Shown: one piece after another, positions 47,055 to 56,674 of the stretch
How positions within the stretch are numbered: position 1 is the first letter of the stretch
Layout of the letters: every line of letters begins with the position of its first letter
Source of the DNA: a bacterium
GTDB taxonomy: Bacteria; Patescibacteriota; Patescibacteriia; SG8-24
Assembly (NCBI GenBank): GCA_023246195.1
Contig: JAHFIW010000001.1
Location: 974-64,973 of the forward strand
Reading direction: 5' to 3'
Length of the DNA stretch: 64,000 bases
Notes under the pieces: generated by a model
What the model saw: only the letters and a program-made list of their open reading frames with translations
The model's database searches: none
What the model was told of the DNA's origin: nothing
Program-made: the position numbers and the translations under genes

Positions 47055-48491
47055 ATGTCATCTGTCGCACGCATCCCCCCACAGAACATCGAGGCTGAAC
47101 AGTCGTTTTTGGGCGCGCTGCTTATCGAAAAAGACGCCCTGCTTCGCGTGGAAGACATGCTCCGCCCCGAGGACTTCTATCGTCAGGCGCACACCGAAAT
47201 CTACCAAGCCATCCTCGATCTCAGCGAAAAGAAAGAACCGGTCGACATGCTCACGTTAGGCAACAGGCTCAACGAGAAAGGCAAGCTGGAATCCGTCGGC
47301 GGCCGTGCCTATCTCATCGAACTGACCACCGTCGTGCCGACTGCCGCGCACGTGACGCATTACGCCGAGATCGTCCAAAAAAAGGCCACGCTCCGCCGCC
47401 TGCTGACAGCATCGACTGAAATCACCGGCTACGCCTTCGACGAAGACGAGGACATCAACGAGACGCTCAACCGAGCCGAACAAAAACTTTTCGGCATCTC
47501 GCAAAACTACCTCAAGACCAACTTCACTCCCATCAAGGACGCGCTCGACACCGCATTCGAACGCATCGACGAGCTGCATCGCGAACGAGGCAAACTGCGC
47601 GGCATTCCCACGGGTTTCACCGAACTCGACAGCCTCCTCGGAGGGCTGCAACGCTCCGACCTGATCATTCTCGCGGCACGTCCGTCAGTCGGCAAAACGT
47701 CATTCGCCATGGACATCGCGCGCCAGTCGGCCGTGAAGTACAAGATACCGGTTGGCATTTTCTCGTTGGAAATGTCCAAAGAACAGCTGGTCGACCGCAT
47801 GATCTGCGCCGAAGCCGGCGTGGACCTTTGGAAGATGCGTACGGGAAAACTCGTCGATAACGGAGATCAGAACAGCGACTTTGCCCGCATCGCCCAAGCG
47901 TTCGGCAACCTTTCCGAAGCGCCCATCTACATCGACGACACCGCCGCTCTGACCATCACGGAGATCCGAACCAAGGCACGCCGCCTGCAAAAGGACCGCG
48001 GCCTGGGCATGCTGGTCATCGACTACTTGCAGCTCATGGAATCGCGCAGCGGCAACAAGCAGTCCGACAACCGCGTGCAAGAAGTCGCCGAAATCACCCG
48101 TGCGCTCAAAGGTCTGGCGCGCGAACTCAACATTCCGGTACTCGCACTGTCACAGCTGTCCCGTACCACTGAAGCGTCCAAGCCGGCCATCCCCAAACTC
48201 TCTCACCTGCGCGAATCGGGTTCCATCGAGCAAGACGCGGACATCGTCATGTTCATCTACCGAAAAGCCGCCGACAAAAACTACCGTATCGACGAGATCC
48301 CGCTGGACGAGCGCTACGTAGCCGAAGTCCACATCGCAAAACACCGCAACGGGCCGGTCGGCGAAGTAAAATTGTTCTTTGATGAAGCCCGAGCGAGTTT
48401 CCGTAACCTCGACCGCCGCAGCATGCCGCAAGGCGCCCCCGCGCTGTCCACTGCGGCACCGGCCACGGCATCGCATGGGCCGCAATTCTAA
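47055..48491 (+). CDS. dnaB: Replicative DNA helicase DnaB
   Basis: 478 aa. N-terminal PPQNIEAEQSFLGALL, Walker A GARPSVGKTSFA and the RecA-like C-terminal domain. Confidence 0.95.
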   Translation: MSSVARIPPQNIEAEQSFLGALLIEKDALLRVEDMLRPEDFYRQAHTEIYQAILDLSEKKEPVDMLTLGNRLNEKGKLESVGGRAYLIELTTVVPTAAHVTHYAEIVQKKATLRRLLTASTEITGYAFDEDEDINETLNRAEQKLFGISQNYLKTNFTPIKDALDTAFERIDELHRERGKLRGIPTGFTELDSLLGGLQRSDLIILAARPSVGKTSFAMDIARQSAVKYKIPVGIFSLEMSKEQLVDRMICAEAGVDLWKMRTGKLVDNGDQNSDFARIAQAFGNLSEAPIYIDDTAALTITEIRTKARRLQKDRGLGMLVIDYLQLMESRSGNKQSDNRVQEVAEITRALKGLARELNIPVLALSQLSRTTEASKPAIPKLSHLRESGSIEQDADIVMFIYRKAADKNYRIDEIPLDERYVAEVHIAKHRNGPVGEVKLFFDEARASFRNLDRRSMPQGAPALSTAAPATASHGPQF

Positions 48492-48512
48492 ATTCCCGAC
48501 TTCCTCACACTT

Positions 48513-48800
48513 ATGTTCGAAAAACTCAAGCAATTCAAGGATCTCCGCAGCAAAGCCAAAGAAATCCAGTCTACGCTCGCCACCGAGAAGGTCGAGGGCC
48601 TCGGCGGATGGAACAAGGTCAAAATCGAAATGGACGGCAACCAGAACGTCACCTCGGTCTCCATTGCCGACGACATCCTTGGCGACAAGGCAAAGATTCA
48701 GGATGGCGTGCGCGAGGCCGTGAACGATGCCGTGAAGAAGGCCCAGCGCAAGATGATGGAAAAGATGAAAGACATGGGGGCGCTGCCGGGCGTGAGCTAA
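48513..48800 (+). CDS. ybaB: Nucleoid-associated protein YbaB/EbfC
   Basis: 95 aa: MFEKLKQFKDLRSKAKEIQSTL...VKIEMDGNQNVTSVSI... Confidence 0.85.
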   Translation: MFEKLKQFKDLRSKAKEIQSTLATEKVEGLGGWNKVKIEMDGNQNVTSVSIADDILGDKAKIQDGVREAVNDAVKKAQRKMMEKMKDMGALPGVS

Positions 48801-48930
48801 CCAAGCTCTGGGCTCGCGAGCCCGTAAATGGCGACGCGGTCCATCCGGGCGCGTTTGTGGCGATGACGTCTCGCTACCGCGCGCCACCGAGAACGAGCCG
48901 TACAGCGCACCCAGAATCAGACACGCACGC

Positions 48931-49563
48931 ATGCCAAAATTTCCAAAGACAATCGAAGACCTCATCGTGCAGCTGGGAACGCTGCCCGGCGTCGGCCCCA
49001 AGACGGCTGAACGCTATGCTTTTTCTTTGTTGAAGCGTTCTCGCCTGGAGCGCGAACGGCTGGCGCAAGCCATCACCGCCCCCGACCAGACGCTGACCAC
49101 CTGCTCCACTTGCCGCAACTACACCGAGGCTGACCCCTGTATCATTTGCGGCGACGTAAAGCGTGATCGTGAGGTGATTTGCGTCGTGGCCAATGAGCAG
49201 GACCTGTTGGCCTTGGAGCACACCGGCGAGCATCGCGGACTGTATCACATTTTGGGCGGCACGTTGTCGCCGGCGGACGGCATCACTCCCCGAGAGCTGA
49301 CTGTTCGCGAACTGGTGGAGCGGGTCCGCCTCACCAAACCTCGCGAAGTCATCCTGGCTTTTGACCCGACCATCGAAGGCGAATCGACCACCCTGTACGT
49401 TTCGCGGCTGCTGGCGCCATTCGAGGTGCAGCTCACCAGGCTGGCGCGCGGCCTGCCCATCGGCAGCGAACTCGGCTATGCCGACGAAGTCACCCTCACC
49501 GACGCCATCAAGGGACGACGCGTGTTATCCCCGGAGCGCGTCACCGAACCGACCCCGTTTTAA
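48931..49563 (+). CDS. recR: Recombination protein RecR
   Basis: 210 aa. HhH LPGVGPKTAERYAF, C4 zinc finger CSTCRNYTEADPCIICGD, and a Toprim domain. Confidence 0.9.
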   Translation: MPKFPKTIEDLIVQLGTLPGVGPKTAERYAFSLLKRSRLERERLAQAITAPDQTLTTCSTCRNYTEADPCIICGDVKRDREVICVVANEQDLLALEHTGEHRGLYHILGGTLSPADGITPRELTVRELVERVRLTKPREVILAFDPTIEGESTTLYVSRLLAPFEVQLTRLARGLPIGSELGYADEVTLTDAIKGRRVLSPERVTEPTPF

Positions 49564-49564
49564 G

Positions 49565-49593
49565 CCCCCGCCCATGCCGGGGGTTGCTTTTTT
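49565..49593 (+). terminator. Rho-independent terminator after recR.
   Basis: cccccg-cccatg-ccggggg followed by ttgcttttttcc. Confidence 0.6.
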
Positions 49594-49671
49594 CCGCAGG
49601 TCATGACGAAATGAATCTAAAGATGCCCTAGGCGTCACCGTTCCTTTAACCCGAACCGAAGGAGAGCTATC

Positions 49672-50343
49672 GTGCTTGAACCGCTGCTACACGAAAAGCT
49701 TCGACCGTTCTTCGATCGGCTCGTCAATGTCACCGTCGAGGTCCAAAATCATGGTGCCGACGGCGGCGCCAACGTTGGATCCGGAGCGGTGATCACCGAA
49801 TGCGGACTGATCATCACCGCCGCGCACGTCGTCAAGCGCTCGCGCGTGGTCATCGTGCGCCGCCTGCGTCTGGAGAAGAAGCGCTGGCGCATGCGCGCCT
49901 ACGGCAAATACAAGGCCGATGTCATCTACCGCGACAACCGCACGGATATCGCCGTGCTCAAGCTGCGCCAACCGCCCGAGGGCCTCAAGGCCGTCGTGCT
50001 GGGCAACAGCGACGCGGTGAAGGTGGGCTGGCCGCTGTACCGCGTGGGCCGCGACCGCATTCCGCTCGGTGCCGGCTACGTCATCCGGATCGTGCCGTAT
50101 CGCCGGCGAATGAAGGAGTTCTACGTTGGCATGGACGCGAATCTCGCGGCCAGCGGCGGACCGGTCTGCAACGATTCCGCAGAACTCGTCGGCATCTGCC
50201 TGGAATCCGAAAAGTGCGACAACCTTCCACCTGCGGCCTTCGCGCTGACGATGGCCGACATCCGGCACCGCGTCCTGCGCCGCAAAGAAATCCGCGAGTG
50301 CCTCGACCCCGAGACCGCGGACAAAATCTGCGGCCCGCCCTGA
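49672..50343 (+). CDS. Trypsin-like (S1 family) serine protease without a PDZ domain.
   Basis: GTG start with the RBS aaggagag. Catalytic triad context GLIITAAHVV (His), DIAVLKL (Asp), LAASGGPV (Ser). Confidence 0.6.
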   Translation: MLEPLLHEKLRPFFDRLVNVTVEVQNHGADGGANVGSGAVITECGLIITAAHVVKRSRVVIVRRLRLEKKRWRMRAYGKYKADVIYRDNRTDIAVLKLRQPPEGLKAVVLGNSDAVKVGWPLYRVGRDRIPLGAGYVIRIVPYRRRMKEFYVGMDANLAASGGPVCNDSAELVGICLESEKCDNLPPAAFALTMADIRHRVLRRKEIRECLDPETADKICGPP

Positions 50344-50368
50344 CCCGTCATTCTTGACGGGTTTTTTC
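50344..50368 (+). terminator. Rho-independent terminator.
   Basis: cccgtca-ttct-tgacggg followed by ttttttc. Confidence 0.65.
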
Positions 50369-50410
50369 TTGTACGAAAAATCCGCCCCTTTCGGAACGGA
50401 TTTTTCTGGC

Positions 50411-50731
50411 TTACGCCTTGATGCCCTGGATGTTGATTGCCGTGAACGGCTGACGGTGTCCGGCCTTGCGCTTGTAGCGCGTCTTGGCGTGAAACTTGAT
50501 GATGGTCACCTTGTCGTGCCTGCCGAAGGCGGTGACCTTGGCAGAAACGGTAGCGCCCTTCACGAACGGAGTGCCGACCTTCACGCTCTTGCCGTCCTCG
50601 TCCATGACGAGCAGGGCTTCGAGGGTGAGAACGTCACCTTCCGCAGCTTCAAGCTTTTCGACACGCAAAGTGTCACCTTCCTTGACCAAGTACTGTTTTC
50701 CTCCTGTTTGGATGACTGCAAGATGCGCCAT
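50411..50731 (-). CDS. rplU: 50S ribosomal protein L21
   Basis: MAHLAVIQTGGKQYLVKEGDTLRVEKL... is typical of L21. No rpmA follows. Confidence 0.9.
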   Translation of the reverse strand: MAHLAVIQTGGKQYLVKEGDTLRVEKLEAAEGDVLTLEALLVMDEDGKSVKVGTPFVKGATVSAKVTAFGRHDKVTIIKFHAKTRYKRKAGHRQPFTAINIQGIKA

Positions 50732-50776
50732 AGGTACGAAACACGAAATAATCACGCTTTTCAGCGAAGTACCGAT

Positions 50777-50805
50777 AGTCTAACGGAAGGGCCTGCGACT
50801 GTCAA
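50777..50805 (-). promoter_or_regulatory. Sigma70-like promoter for rplU.
   Basis: Minus strand reads TTGACA-(17 nt)-TAGACT, about 45 nt upstream of the rplU start. Confidence 0.5.
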
Positions 50806-50830
50806 TATCTCGGCTCGATTCCGATTCACA

Positions 50831-51340
50831 TCAAAACGATTGCCCCAAATGCTCGCTTATCGGCAGGCCGATCCGCAGCCCGTGAGCCTTGGCAAAACCC
50901 GCCCTGACCTCAAGGGCGCGATTCGCCGGTATCCGTGGCGCAAAGGTGGGCAGCACGCCGTCCGAGCCCGGAATCGGCACATCCGTAGTGATGTCAACGA
51001 TTGCCCCGGCATTGATCCAGATAATATCGATGGGAAAGCGCATCTCCTTCATCCAGAAGGCATATTGATCGGGCTTCTGGAACAGGAAGTACATGCCTTC
51101 GTCGGAGGCCAATCCGAACCGGCCGGAGAGTCCGCGTTCACGGGTGGCATCAGTCGCCGCCACCGAGACGTTGACGCGAAGACCGTCGCCGATGACCACG
51201 TAGCCGCTCCTGAAACGCGACTGCACCACCGACAAGATCATGGCAGCGACAATGACCACGCCGACGGCGATGCCCGCCATCATCGGCTTGGCCGAGTCGA
51301 ATCGCGACGGTTTTTTTCCTTCGGGTGCCTTTACTGTCAT
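50831..51340 (-). CDS. DUF192-family protein (COG1430-like) with an N-terminal TM helix.
   Basis: 169 aa. ...GMYFLFQKPDQYAFWMKEMRFPIDIIWINAGAIVDI... resembles DUF192. Confidence 0.55.
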   Translation of the reverse strand: MTVKAPEGKKPSRFDSAKPMMAGIAVGVVIVAAMILSVVQSRFRSGYVVIGDGLRVNVSVAATDATRERGLSGRFGLASDEGMYFLFQKPDQYAFWMKEMRFPIDIIWINAGAIVDITTDVPIPGSDGVLPTFAPRIPANRALEVRAGFAKAHGLRIGLPISEHLGQSF

Positions 51341-51344
51341 AGGA

Positions 51345-52421
51345 TCAGTCCTTCTTACGATACGCGAGCATGACGACGGCCGTCAACGCGACCAGGAGGC
51401 TCGCCACCATGCCGATGGCCACGACCTTTTCCCAGCCCTGCAAGATCAGCGTCGCGGTACCGAACAGCGCAGCCACGAAATAGTAGAGCAACACCACTTG
51501 CCGTTGCGACCAGCCGAAGTCGAGCAGGCGAAAGTGCAGGTGCGAACGGTCGCCGGAGGTCGGTGATTTTTTTTGCAGCAGTCGGCGGACGATGACGAAG
51601 GCCGCGTCGAAAATAGGCAGGCCGAGCACGAGCAGCGTAGTGGCGATTTTTCCGCCGGAGATTATCGCCAGCGTGCCGAGCAGAAAGCCGGCCATGGTGG
51701 AGCCGCCCTCTCCCAAGAAAATCGACGCGGGACTGCCGTTAAAAAGCAGGAACCCGGCGAACGCAGCCGCGACGATGACCGCCAACACTGCCGTATCCGG
51801 CTGCGAGACTTCCTGCATCATGCTGACCGCCGCCACCACCAGCGCGCCGATGACCGTCACGCCGCTGACCAAGCCGTCGAGCCCATCGAGGAATTTGGTG
51901 GTATAGGTCATGCCCAACAGCCAGATGACGGTGAAGGCGTCGGCAAACGGCTGAATCTTGTAGGGAATGCCGGCAATCCACACCACGGTGACGGACCAAT
52001 GGTTCAGGAAAATCTGCCCGCCAAAAGGATTGGTGACGAAGGTGATGCCGATGCCGCTGGCCACGATGACCAACGCTGCCGACACCGGCCACATGACCTG
52101 CTGATACGGACGAAGATTGCGGGCATCGTCCCAGGCTCCGCCGAATATCAGCAGAAAAGACGCGGTGACGATGCCAATCAGGAACTTTCCCTTGACGTGC
52201 ACGCCCGGCAGCCATCCAAAACTCATTGCCGCCAGCACCGCCAGGACAATGGCCGCGAACAGCGCCACGCCGCCCAACAGGGCCACTGGACGCCCATGCG
52301 CCTTGCGTTGCCCGTCCGGAGCGTCAATCACTCCGGAACGCCACGCCAAAGCACGCACCAGCGGAGTAGCGCAGGCGGCGGCGGCAAACGAGATAAGCGC
52401 GTTAAGCAAAAGTGAAGACAT
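51345..52421 (-). CDS. mraY: Phospho-N-acetylmuramoyl-pentapeptide transferase
   Basis: 358 aa, polytopic. Conserved motifs of the MraY/WecA family (FLDGLDGL, NGSP...). Confidence 0.9.
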   Translation of the reverse strand: MSSLLLNALISFAAAACATPLVRALAWRSGVIDAPDGQRKAHGRPVALLGGVALFAAIVLAVLAAMSFGWLPGVHVKGKFLIGIVTASFLLIFGGAWDDARNLRPYQQVMWPVSAALVIVASGIGITFVTNPFGGQIFLNHWSVTVVWIAGIPYKIQPFADAFTVIWLLGMTYTTKFLDGLDGLVSGVTVIGALVVAAVSMMQEVSQPDTAVLAVIVAAAFAGFLLFNGSPASIFLGEGGSTMAGFLLGTLAIISGGKIATTLLVLGLPIFDAAFVIVRRLLQKKSPTSGDRSHLHFRLLDFGWSQRQVVLLYYFVAALFGTATLILQGWEKVVAIGMVASLLVALTAVVMLAYRKKD

Positions 52422-52501
52422 GGAAAATCGCTACTGTACGGAACGGTAACACGGCGACGACCTTCGGAAAAGGCTCTCACGCCGATAACGCAAAAAGAAA
52501 A

Positions 52502-52535
52502 GGTGCACGGCCATAAAGCCCGTGCACCTTGCGAC
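52502..52535 (-). terminator. Rho-independent terminator after the 527-aa gene.
   Basis: ggtgcacgg-ccataaag-cccgtgcacc, followed on the minus strand by a T-run. Confidence 0.65.
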
Positions 52536-52579
52536 GCATCGTCAGAGACGATCGCCTGAGAAGCTAAGTAAAGAACGTT

Positions 52580-54163
52580 TCACCCCATGTAGTCGCGAAC
52601 GATGTCGCTGGCGTCCACGCCGTAGTGGGACGTCAGCGTGGCGACGACGAGGTCGCGGATCGCCGCCTCATGCAGGACCGAGGCCGGCGAGTACGGGTTG
52701 GCGCGGAAGTAGTTGCCGACCGCGCCGCGGTAGTTGGTGAAGTAGATCGCGTGGACGAAGTCGCCCGCGCGGTTCTTGTAGACGAAGTTGCCCGGACTGG
52801 ACAGCTGCGCTTTCACCGTCTGCGTGATCTCCACGCCCTGCCTACGCAAGTCCGCCTCGCGAAGCACCATCGCCACCCGGTCCAGCCGGATGCCGTTGAC
52901 GCTCGAGATGACGAACAGGCCTCGACCGTACATCTGGATGACCACGTCGGCCTTGGGCCGGCGAGGCTGCTTCGGCTCCGGACGCGGACCCGTCGCCTTG
53001 CGGCTCTTCCAGTCGTACGACTCGCTGTTGCCGCGCCGTGCCACTGCGCCGAAACGCTGCGACTCGGATCGGCCGAAGAGGACTGCGACCTCGCGTCGCT
53101 TCTTGCCCTCCACCTGCGGCAGCATCTCGATGGTGCGTCCGCCGGTCGTTTTCGACCAGTAGTCGCCCACCGCCATGTGCCACTGTCGCTCCATCTCACG
53201 GAGCGACTTCTCCGCCTGAGCGGCGAACGTTCGCGCCTCATGCGCGATACGGCCTTCGGAAGCGCCCGGCAACGTTGCCGCGAAATGCGCTTCCGTGCCC
53301 AGCAGGATCTCCTCGACGCGGAACAGCTTCCGCATGTCGAAGTCCTGCACGTCTTCCGGATCCTCGTAGAGCATCCGCACGTTCTGCTCGATCGCCCCAA
53401 AGGCGACCGAGGCGAGCGCGAACACCTTTTCGGGATTTTCCGGATACAGGCTGTTCCACCCGAGGATCATGTTCCTCAAGTGGCGCGTCGTGTACGGCGT
53501 CGGATCTGCCACCTCCGTCCGCTGAACGCTCGTCTCACCCTCGACGGGCGTTACGGCGGTCAGCTCCTGAAGCATGTCCTGCACGAGGCCTTCGCTGCCC
53601 TGCGGCTGCGCGGTACCCTCGGGCTTGGCGTCGAGCGACCTGGGGGCGATATCTTCGCCGGTCAGGTCGTTGCGACAGATGACCAGGAAGACGCCTTCCA
53701 TGATCTTGAGGAGCTGCTGCAGCTCCTTGCGGTCAGCGTCGTGCAGATCCTCGGCACGAGCATTGAGCTCGTCGAGGAGAAGATGGAGGCTGGCCGTCTT
53801 GTTCTCGGACACGGCGTCCGGGAGGACATGCTGGTCGAATCGTCCGCCGCCGCAGTCGAGGAACAGGTAACCCCGCGACTCGAGCTGCTCGGAAGATACC
53901 GTTCTCTCGTCCTGCCAGTCCCGTCGCCGGAGCTGACCGGCCGGGATGAACTTGATGTGCAGCGTCTCGGCGCAATGAAGCGCCTTCCGCACCGTCGCAT
54001 GGCTGACGATCAGCCATGTCATCGCCAGCGCCTCGGTGTCGGGTGACACGTGCGGCACCAGCGTGTGAATCCTCGAGGCGCGAATACCGCGAATGCTGCT
54101 TACTTGATCCATGATTGAACTCCTCATCGGGTCAAAAAACCCTAGTCCGGATAGGCCGGACAC
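52580..54163 (-). CDS. Hypothetical cytoplasmic protein of 527 aa, a monocistronic insert between ftsL and mraY. Weak MYG1/UPF0160-like metal-hydrolase motifs.
   Basis: No TM helix. HTLVPHVSPDTEALAMTWL and LFLDCGGGRFDQH loosely resemble the MYG1 motifs H..GTFH.DEALA and DVGG.YD...DHH (from memory). It has its own TATATT -10-like element and terminator. Confidence 0.6.
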   Translation of the reverse strand: MSGLSGLGFFDPMRSSIMDQVSSIRGIRASRIHTLVPHVSPDTEALAMTWLIVSHATVRKALHCAETLHIKFIPAGQLRRRDWQDERTVSSEQLESRGYLFLDCGGGRFDQHVLPDAVSENKTASLHLLLDELNARAEDLHDADRKELQQLLKIMEGVFLVICRNDLTGEDIAPRSLDAKPEGTAQPQGSEGLVQDMLQELTAVTPVEGETSVQRTEVADPTPYTTRHLRNMILGWNSLYPENPEKVFALASVAFGAIEQNVRMLYEDPEDVQDFDMRKLFRVEEILLGTEAHFAATLPGASEGRIAHEARTFAAQAEKSLREMERQWHMAVGDYWSKTTGGRTIEMLPQVEGKKRREVAVLFGRSESQRFGAVARRGNSESYDWKSRKATGPRPEPKQPRRPKADVVIQMYGRGLFVISSVNGIRLDRVAMVLREADLRRQGVEITQTVKAQLSSPGNFVYKNRAGDFVHAIYFTNYRGAVGNYFRANPYSPASVLHEAAIRDLVVATLTSHYGVDASDIVRDYMG

Positions 54164-54340
54164 CCTCAGTTGTCAAACCGTCCCCACCACACGACATGTG
54201 TAGCGAAGAACATATGAATATAGCACAAAACCCCCTCGCTGTCAATGCTGTCAGGCAAACAAAAAATCGCCCAGCTGAGCGAAAAACCGTGGGGTCAGAC
54301 CCCATAAATTTTAGCTAAAATAAGCCAATTGAACCTAAAC

Positions 54341-54697
54341 CTAGCGCACGGCCACGATACCGGAACTGCCGTTGACGTAATCGACGCTGGTGACCGGCAC
54401 CAAGCCCAAACCCTGAATCTTGCCGTCGAGCGAATCCATCGATTCATCCGTCACCACGGACAAATCGAGCTTCTGCCGTTCGTCCTGCAGCTCGACGATA
54501 CGCTTCTCCATGGTGCGAATGGCAAAGCCCTTCTCGGTCGCGCGATTGTTGAGTACCAGGTACCCGCCAAAAAGCGCCATGACGCCGATGCCGAGCATGG
54601 CGTTGAGAATGCGGACGTCGCGCCACACCGGCACATATGCGTCATGTGCCTCACGAGCGGCTGCGTACGACGGCGGATTGTAACTTGCATGTGTCAT
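54341..54697 (-). CDS. ftsL: FtsL-like cell division protein.
   Basis: 118 aa with a single TM helix ILNAMLGIGVMALFGGYLVL followed by a coiled coil. Sits downstream of rsmH, overlapping its stop by 4 nt. Confidence 0.65.
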   Translation of the reverse strand: MTHASYNPPSYAAAREAHDAYVPVWRDVRILNAMLGIGVMALFGGYLVLNNRATEKGFAIRTMEKRIVELQDERQKLDLSVVTDESMDSLDGKIQGLGLVPVTSVDYVNGSSGIVAVR

Positions 54698-55578
54698 GGC
54701 GTCTTGACGGCGATGCGCAGCTTGGCGCTGCGCGAACGTGAATTCCGTTTGATTTCCTCATCCGTTGCCGTGATCGGCCGCTTGCTGACGATGGAGGCCC
54801 TGCCTTCCGCCGCCTTTTCCAGAAAAAAACGCTTGACGATGCGATCTTCCAGCGAATGAAACGAGATGACGGCCAGCCTTCCGCCGGGAGCCAAGGCATC
54901 GAACAGCACGGGCAGGACGGACCGGACGTTGCCGAGCTCATCGTTGGTGGCGATGCGCAGGGCCTGAAAGGTGCGAGTAGGAAACGGCAGCTTGCTGCGC
55001 CGATAAAAACCGGGAACGGAATGCGCGATGACGTCGACCAGCTGCTTGGTGGTCAGTATCCGCTCTTCACGTCGCGATTTGACGATGCCGTCGGCGATCT
55101 TGCGCGCGAACTTCTCCTGTCCGTACTCCCAAAGAATTCTCGAAAGATCGTCTGCGTTCCATGAGTTGACGATGGAGGCGGCCGTCTCGTCCTGGGTGCG
55201 GTCAAAGCGCATGTCGAGCGGCCCGTCGAAGCGGAAGCTGAATCCGCGCGTCGGGTCGTCGATCTCGAGCGATGAAAATCCCAGATCGAGAAGCGCCGCA
55301 TGAATCGGCCCGAAGGACTGGGTGTGGAGGACCCGCTCGACGTTCCGATAGTTCTCGCGGACAAGCATTGCGCGAGAACCATAGGCACCGAGTGTGCTTC
55401 GAGCCGCTTCAAGCGCCGCTTCGTCGACATCGAGGCCCAGCAGCTTTCCGTCCGGTGCGGTCCTTGCAAGGGCGGCAGCGGCATGTCCGCCGGCGCCGAG
55501 CGTGCAGTCGACCACATTCTCGTTCGGTTGCAATTTGAGTCCGTCGATTGTCTCGTTGAGGAGGACAGGAACGTGCAT
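54694..55578 (-). CDS. rsmH: 16S rRNA (cytosine1402-N4)-methyltransferase RsmH (MraW).
   Basis: From MHVPVLLNETIDGLKLQPNENVVDCTLGAGGHA. The longer 337-aa ORF would overlap mraZ by 128 nt. Confidence 0.9.
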   Translation of the reverse strand: MHVPVLLNETIDGLKLQPNENVVDCTLGAGGHAAAALARTAPDGKLLGLDVDEAALEAARSTLGAYGSRAMLVRENYRNVERVLHTQSFGPIHAALLDLGFSSLEIDDPTRGFSFRFDGPLDMRFDRTQDETAASIVNSWNADDLSRILWEYGQEKFARKIADGIVKSRREERILTTKQLVDVIAHSVPGFYRRSKLPFPTRTFQALRIATNDELGNVRSVLPVLFDALAPGGRLAVISFHSLEDRIVKRFFLEKAAEGRASIVSKRPITATDEEIKRNSRSRSAKLRIAVKTP

Positions 55579-55579
55579 A

Positions 55580-56011
55580 TTACACGCCCAGCTCGCCCAT
55601 TCGTTCGGCGATGTCATTCGAATCTTTTTCCGTCTTGGCCTTGTACGACTCCCAGGACGTCTTGTCCCAGATTTCGATACGTCCGTAGAGGCCGGCGACG
55701 ACCGCATCCTTGGCGATGCCGGCGTAGCGGCGCAGGTATTCCGGCAGGACCACCCTCCCCTGTTTGTCGATCTCCACGTCCATCGCGCCGGCGAGCATCA
55801 GGCGCGAGAACGCGCGCGAGTTCGCCTGGCTGAACGGCAATGCGGAAAGTTTCTCGGCGAGCTTCTTCCACTCGGCCATCGAGTATACGAAGAGACAGTT
55901 GTCGAGACCGCGCGTCACGACGGCACCGCCGCGAAGCTCCTTGCGAAACTTCATCGGGATGGCCAATCTCCCCTTCTCGTCGACCGTGTGGTTATACTCA
56001 CCGATAAACAT
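55580..56011 (-). CDS. mraZ: Transcriptional regulator MraZ
   Basis: 143 aa. MFIGEYNHTVDEKGRLAIPMKFR... with two MraZ repeats. Confidence 0.9.
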   Translation of the reverse strand: MFIGEYNHTVDEKGRLAIPMKFRKELRGGAVVTRGLDNCLFVYSMAEWKKLAEKLSALPFSQANSRAFSRLMLAGAMDVEIDKQGRVVLPEYLRRYAGIAKDAVVAGLYGRIEIWDKTSWESYKAKTEKDSNDIAERMGELGV

Positions 56012-56073
56012 GACAGGAAATGTGAGCTGCGGATAAATGGGAATTTTAGCTCATTTAAGCTTCATTTTGCTAT

Positions 56074-56099
56074 CAGAGCTATTCCCCATTTTTCCCCAC
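56074..56099 (-). promoter_or_regulatory. Putative MraZ operator: three GTGG(G) direct repeats with 10-bp periodicity upstream of mraZ.
   Basis: Minus strand reads GTGGttttaaGTGGGGaaaaaTGGGGaatag. A TATAGT -10-like element lies at about 56117-56122, just upstream. Confidence 0.55.
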
Positions 56100-56209
56100 T
56101 TAAAACCACTACAAAGTCACTATACACCTTTTTCATCCACAGGACAAGATGGCGGCGGAGCAGGCAAAAAATGACCGCACGACGTGCGGCCATTCATGCA
56201 CCGTCCGGA

Positions 56210-56671
56210 TTAGCGCAGCATCAACCAGGTCCACAACAGCACGGTCACTGATCCCTGCCAGGCCAAACCGACCCAGACGGGAATGCGCGGATGAAAAAAA
56301 TTATGATTGCTTGCGTGAAATCTTGAAAGCGGACCGAACAACTGGCGCTTCACGACTTTCTCAGTTCCCCACATGATGTCGGGGACGAACGAACCCAGCG
56401 CGGCGGCAGCGAGAGGAATCGAGGGGCCGTGCGTCCATATATAGCTGCCGAAGATGCCCAGGAACAGCGCGCCGTCAAACGCAAGGATGAAAGCAAGACG
56501 AAAAATCTCGTTTCCCTTCTTTGCCCATTCCCCTACCGGCTCATCGCCATGCGGCAAGAAGTCGGCGACGTAATGCGAAAACCAGCCGACCCCGAAGGCG
56601 GTGACGGGATTGGTAATGCCGAGCGCGCTGACGGCAGCGACGCCGACTGCCGCATGTCCAACCAGAAACAT
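56210..56671 (-). CDS. Membrane-bound metal-dependent hydrolase-like protein (YdjM/DUF457-like).
   Basis: 153 aa. MFLVGHAAVGVAA... with 3-4 TM helices. Confidence 0.45.
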   Translation of the reverse strand: MFLVGHAAVGVAAVSALGITNPVTAFGVGWFSHYVADFLPHGDEPVGEWAKKGNEIFRLAFILAFDGALFLGIFGSYIWTHGPSIPLAAAALGSFVPDIMWGTEKVVKRQLFGPLSRFHASNHNFFHPRIPVWVGLAWQGSVTVLLWTWLMLR

Positions 56672-56674
56672 AGA

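Noticed and set aside
48806-48832. GC-rich hairpin gggctcgcgagccc after ybaB.
   Set aside because: No T-run follows, and ybaB-recR are normally co-transcribed. Unlikely to be an intrinsic terminator.
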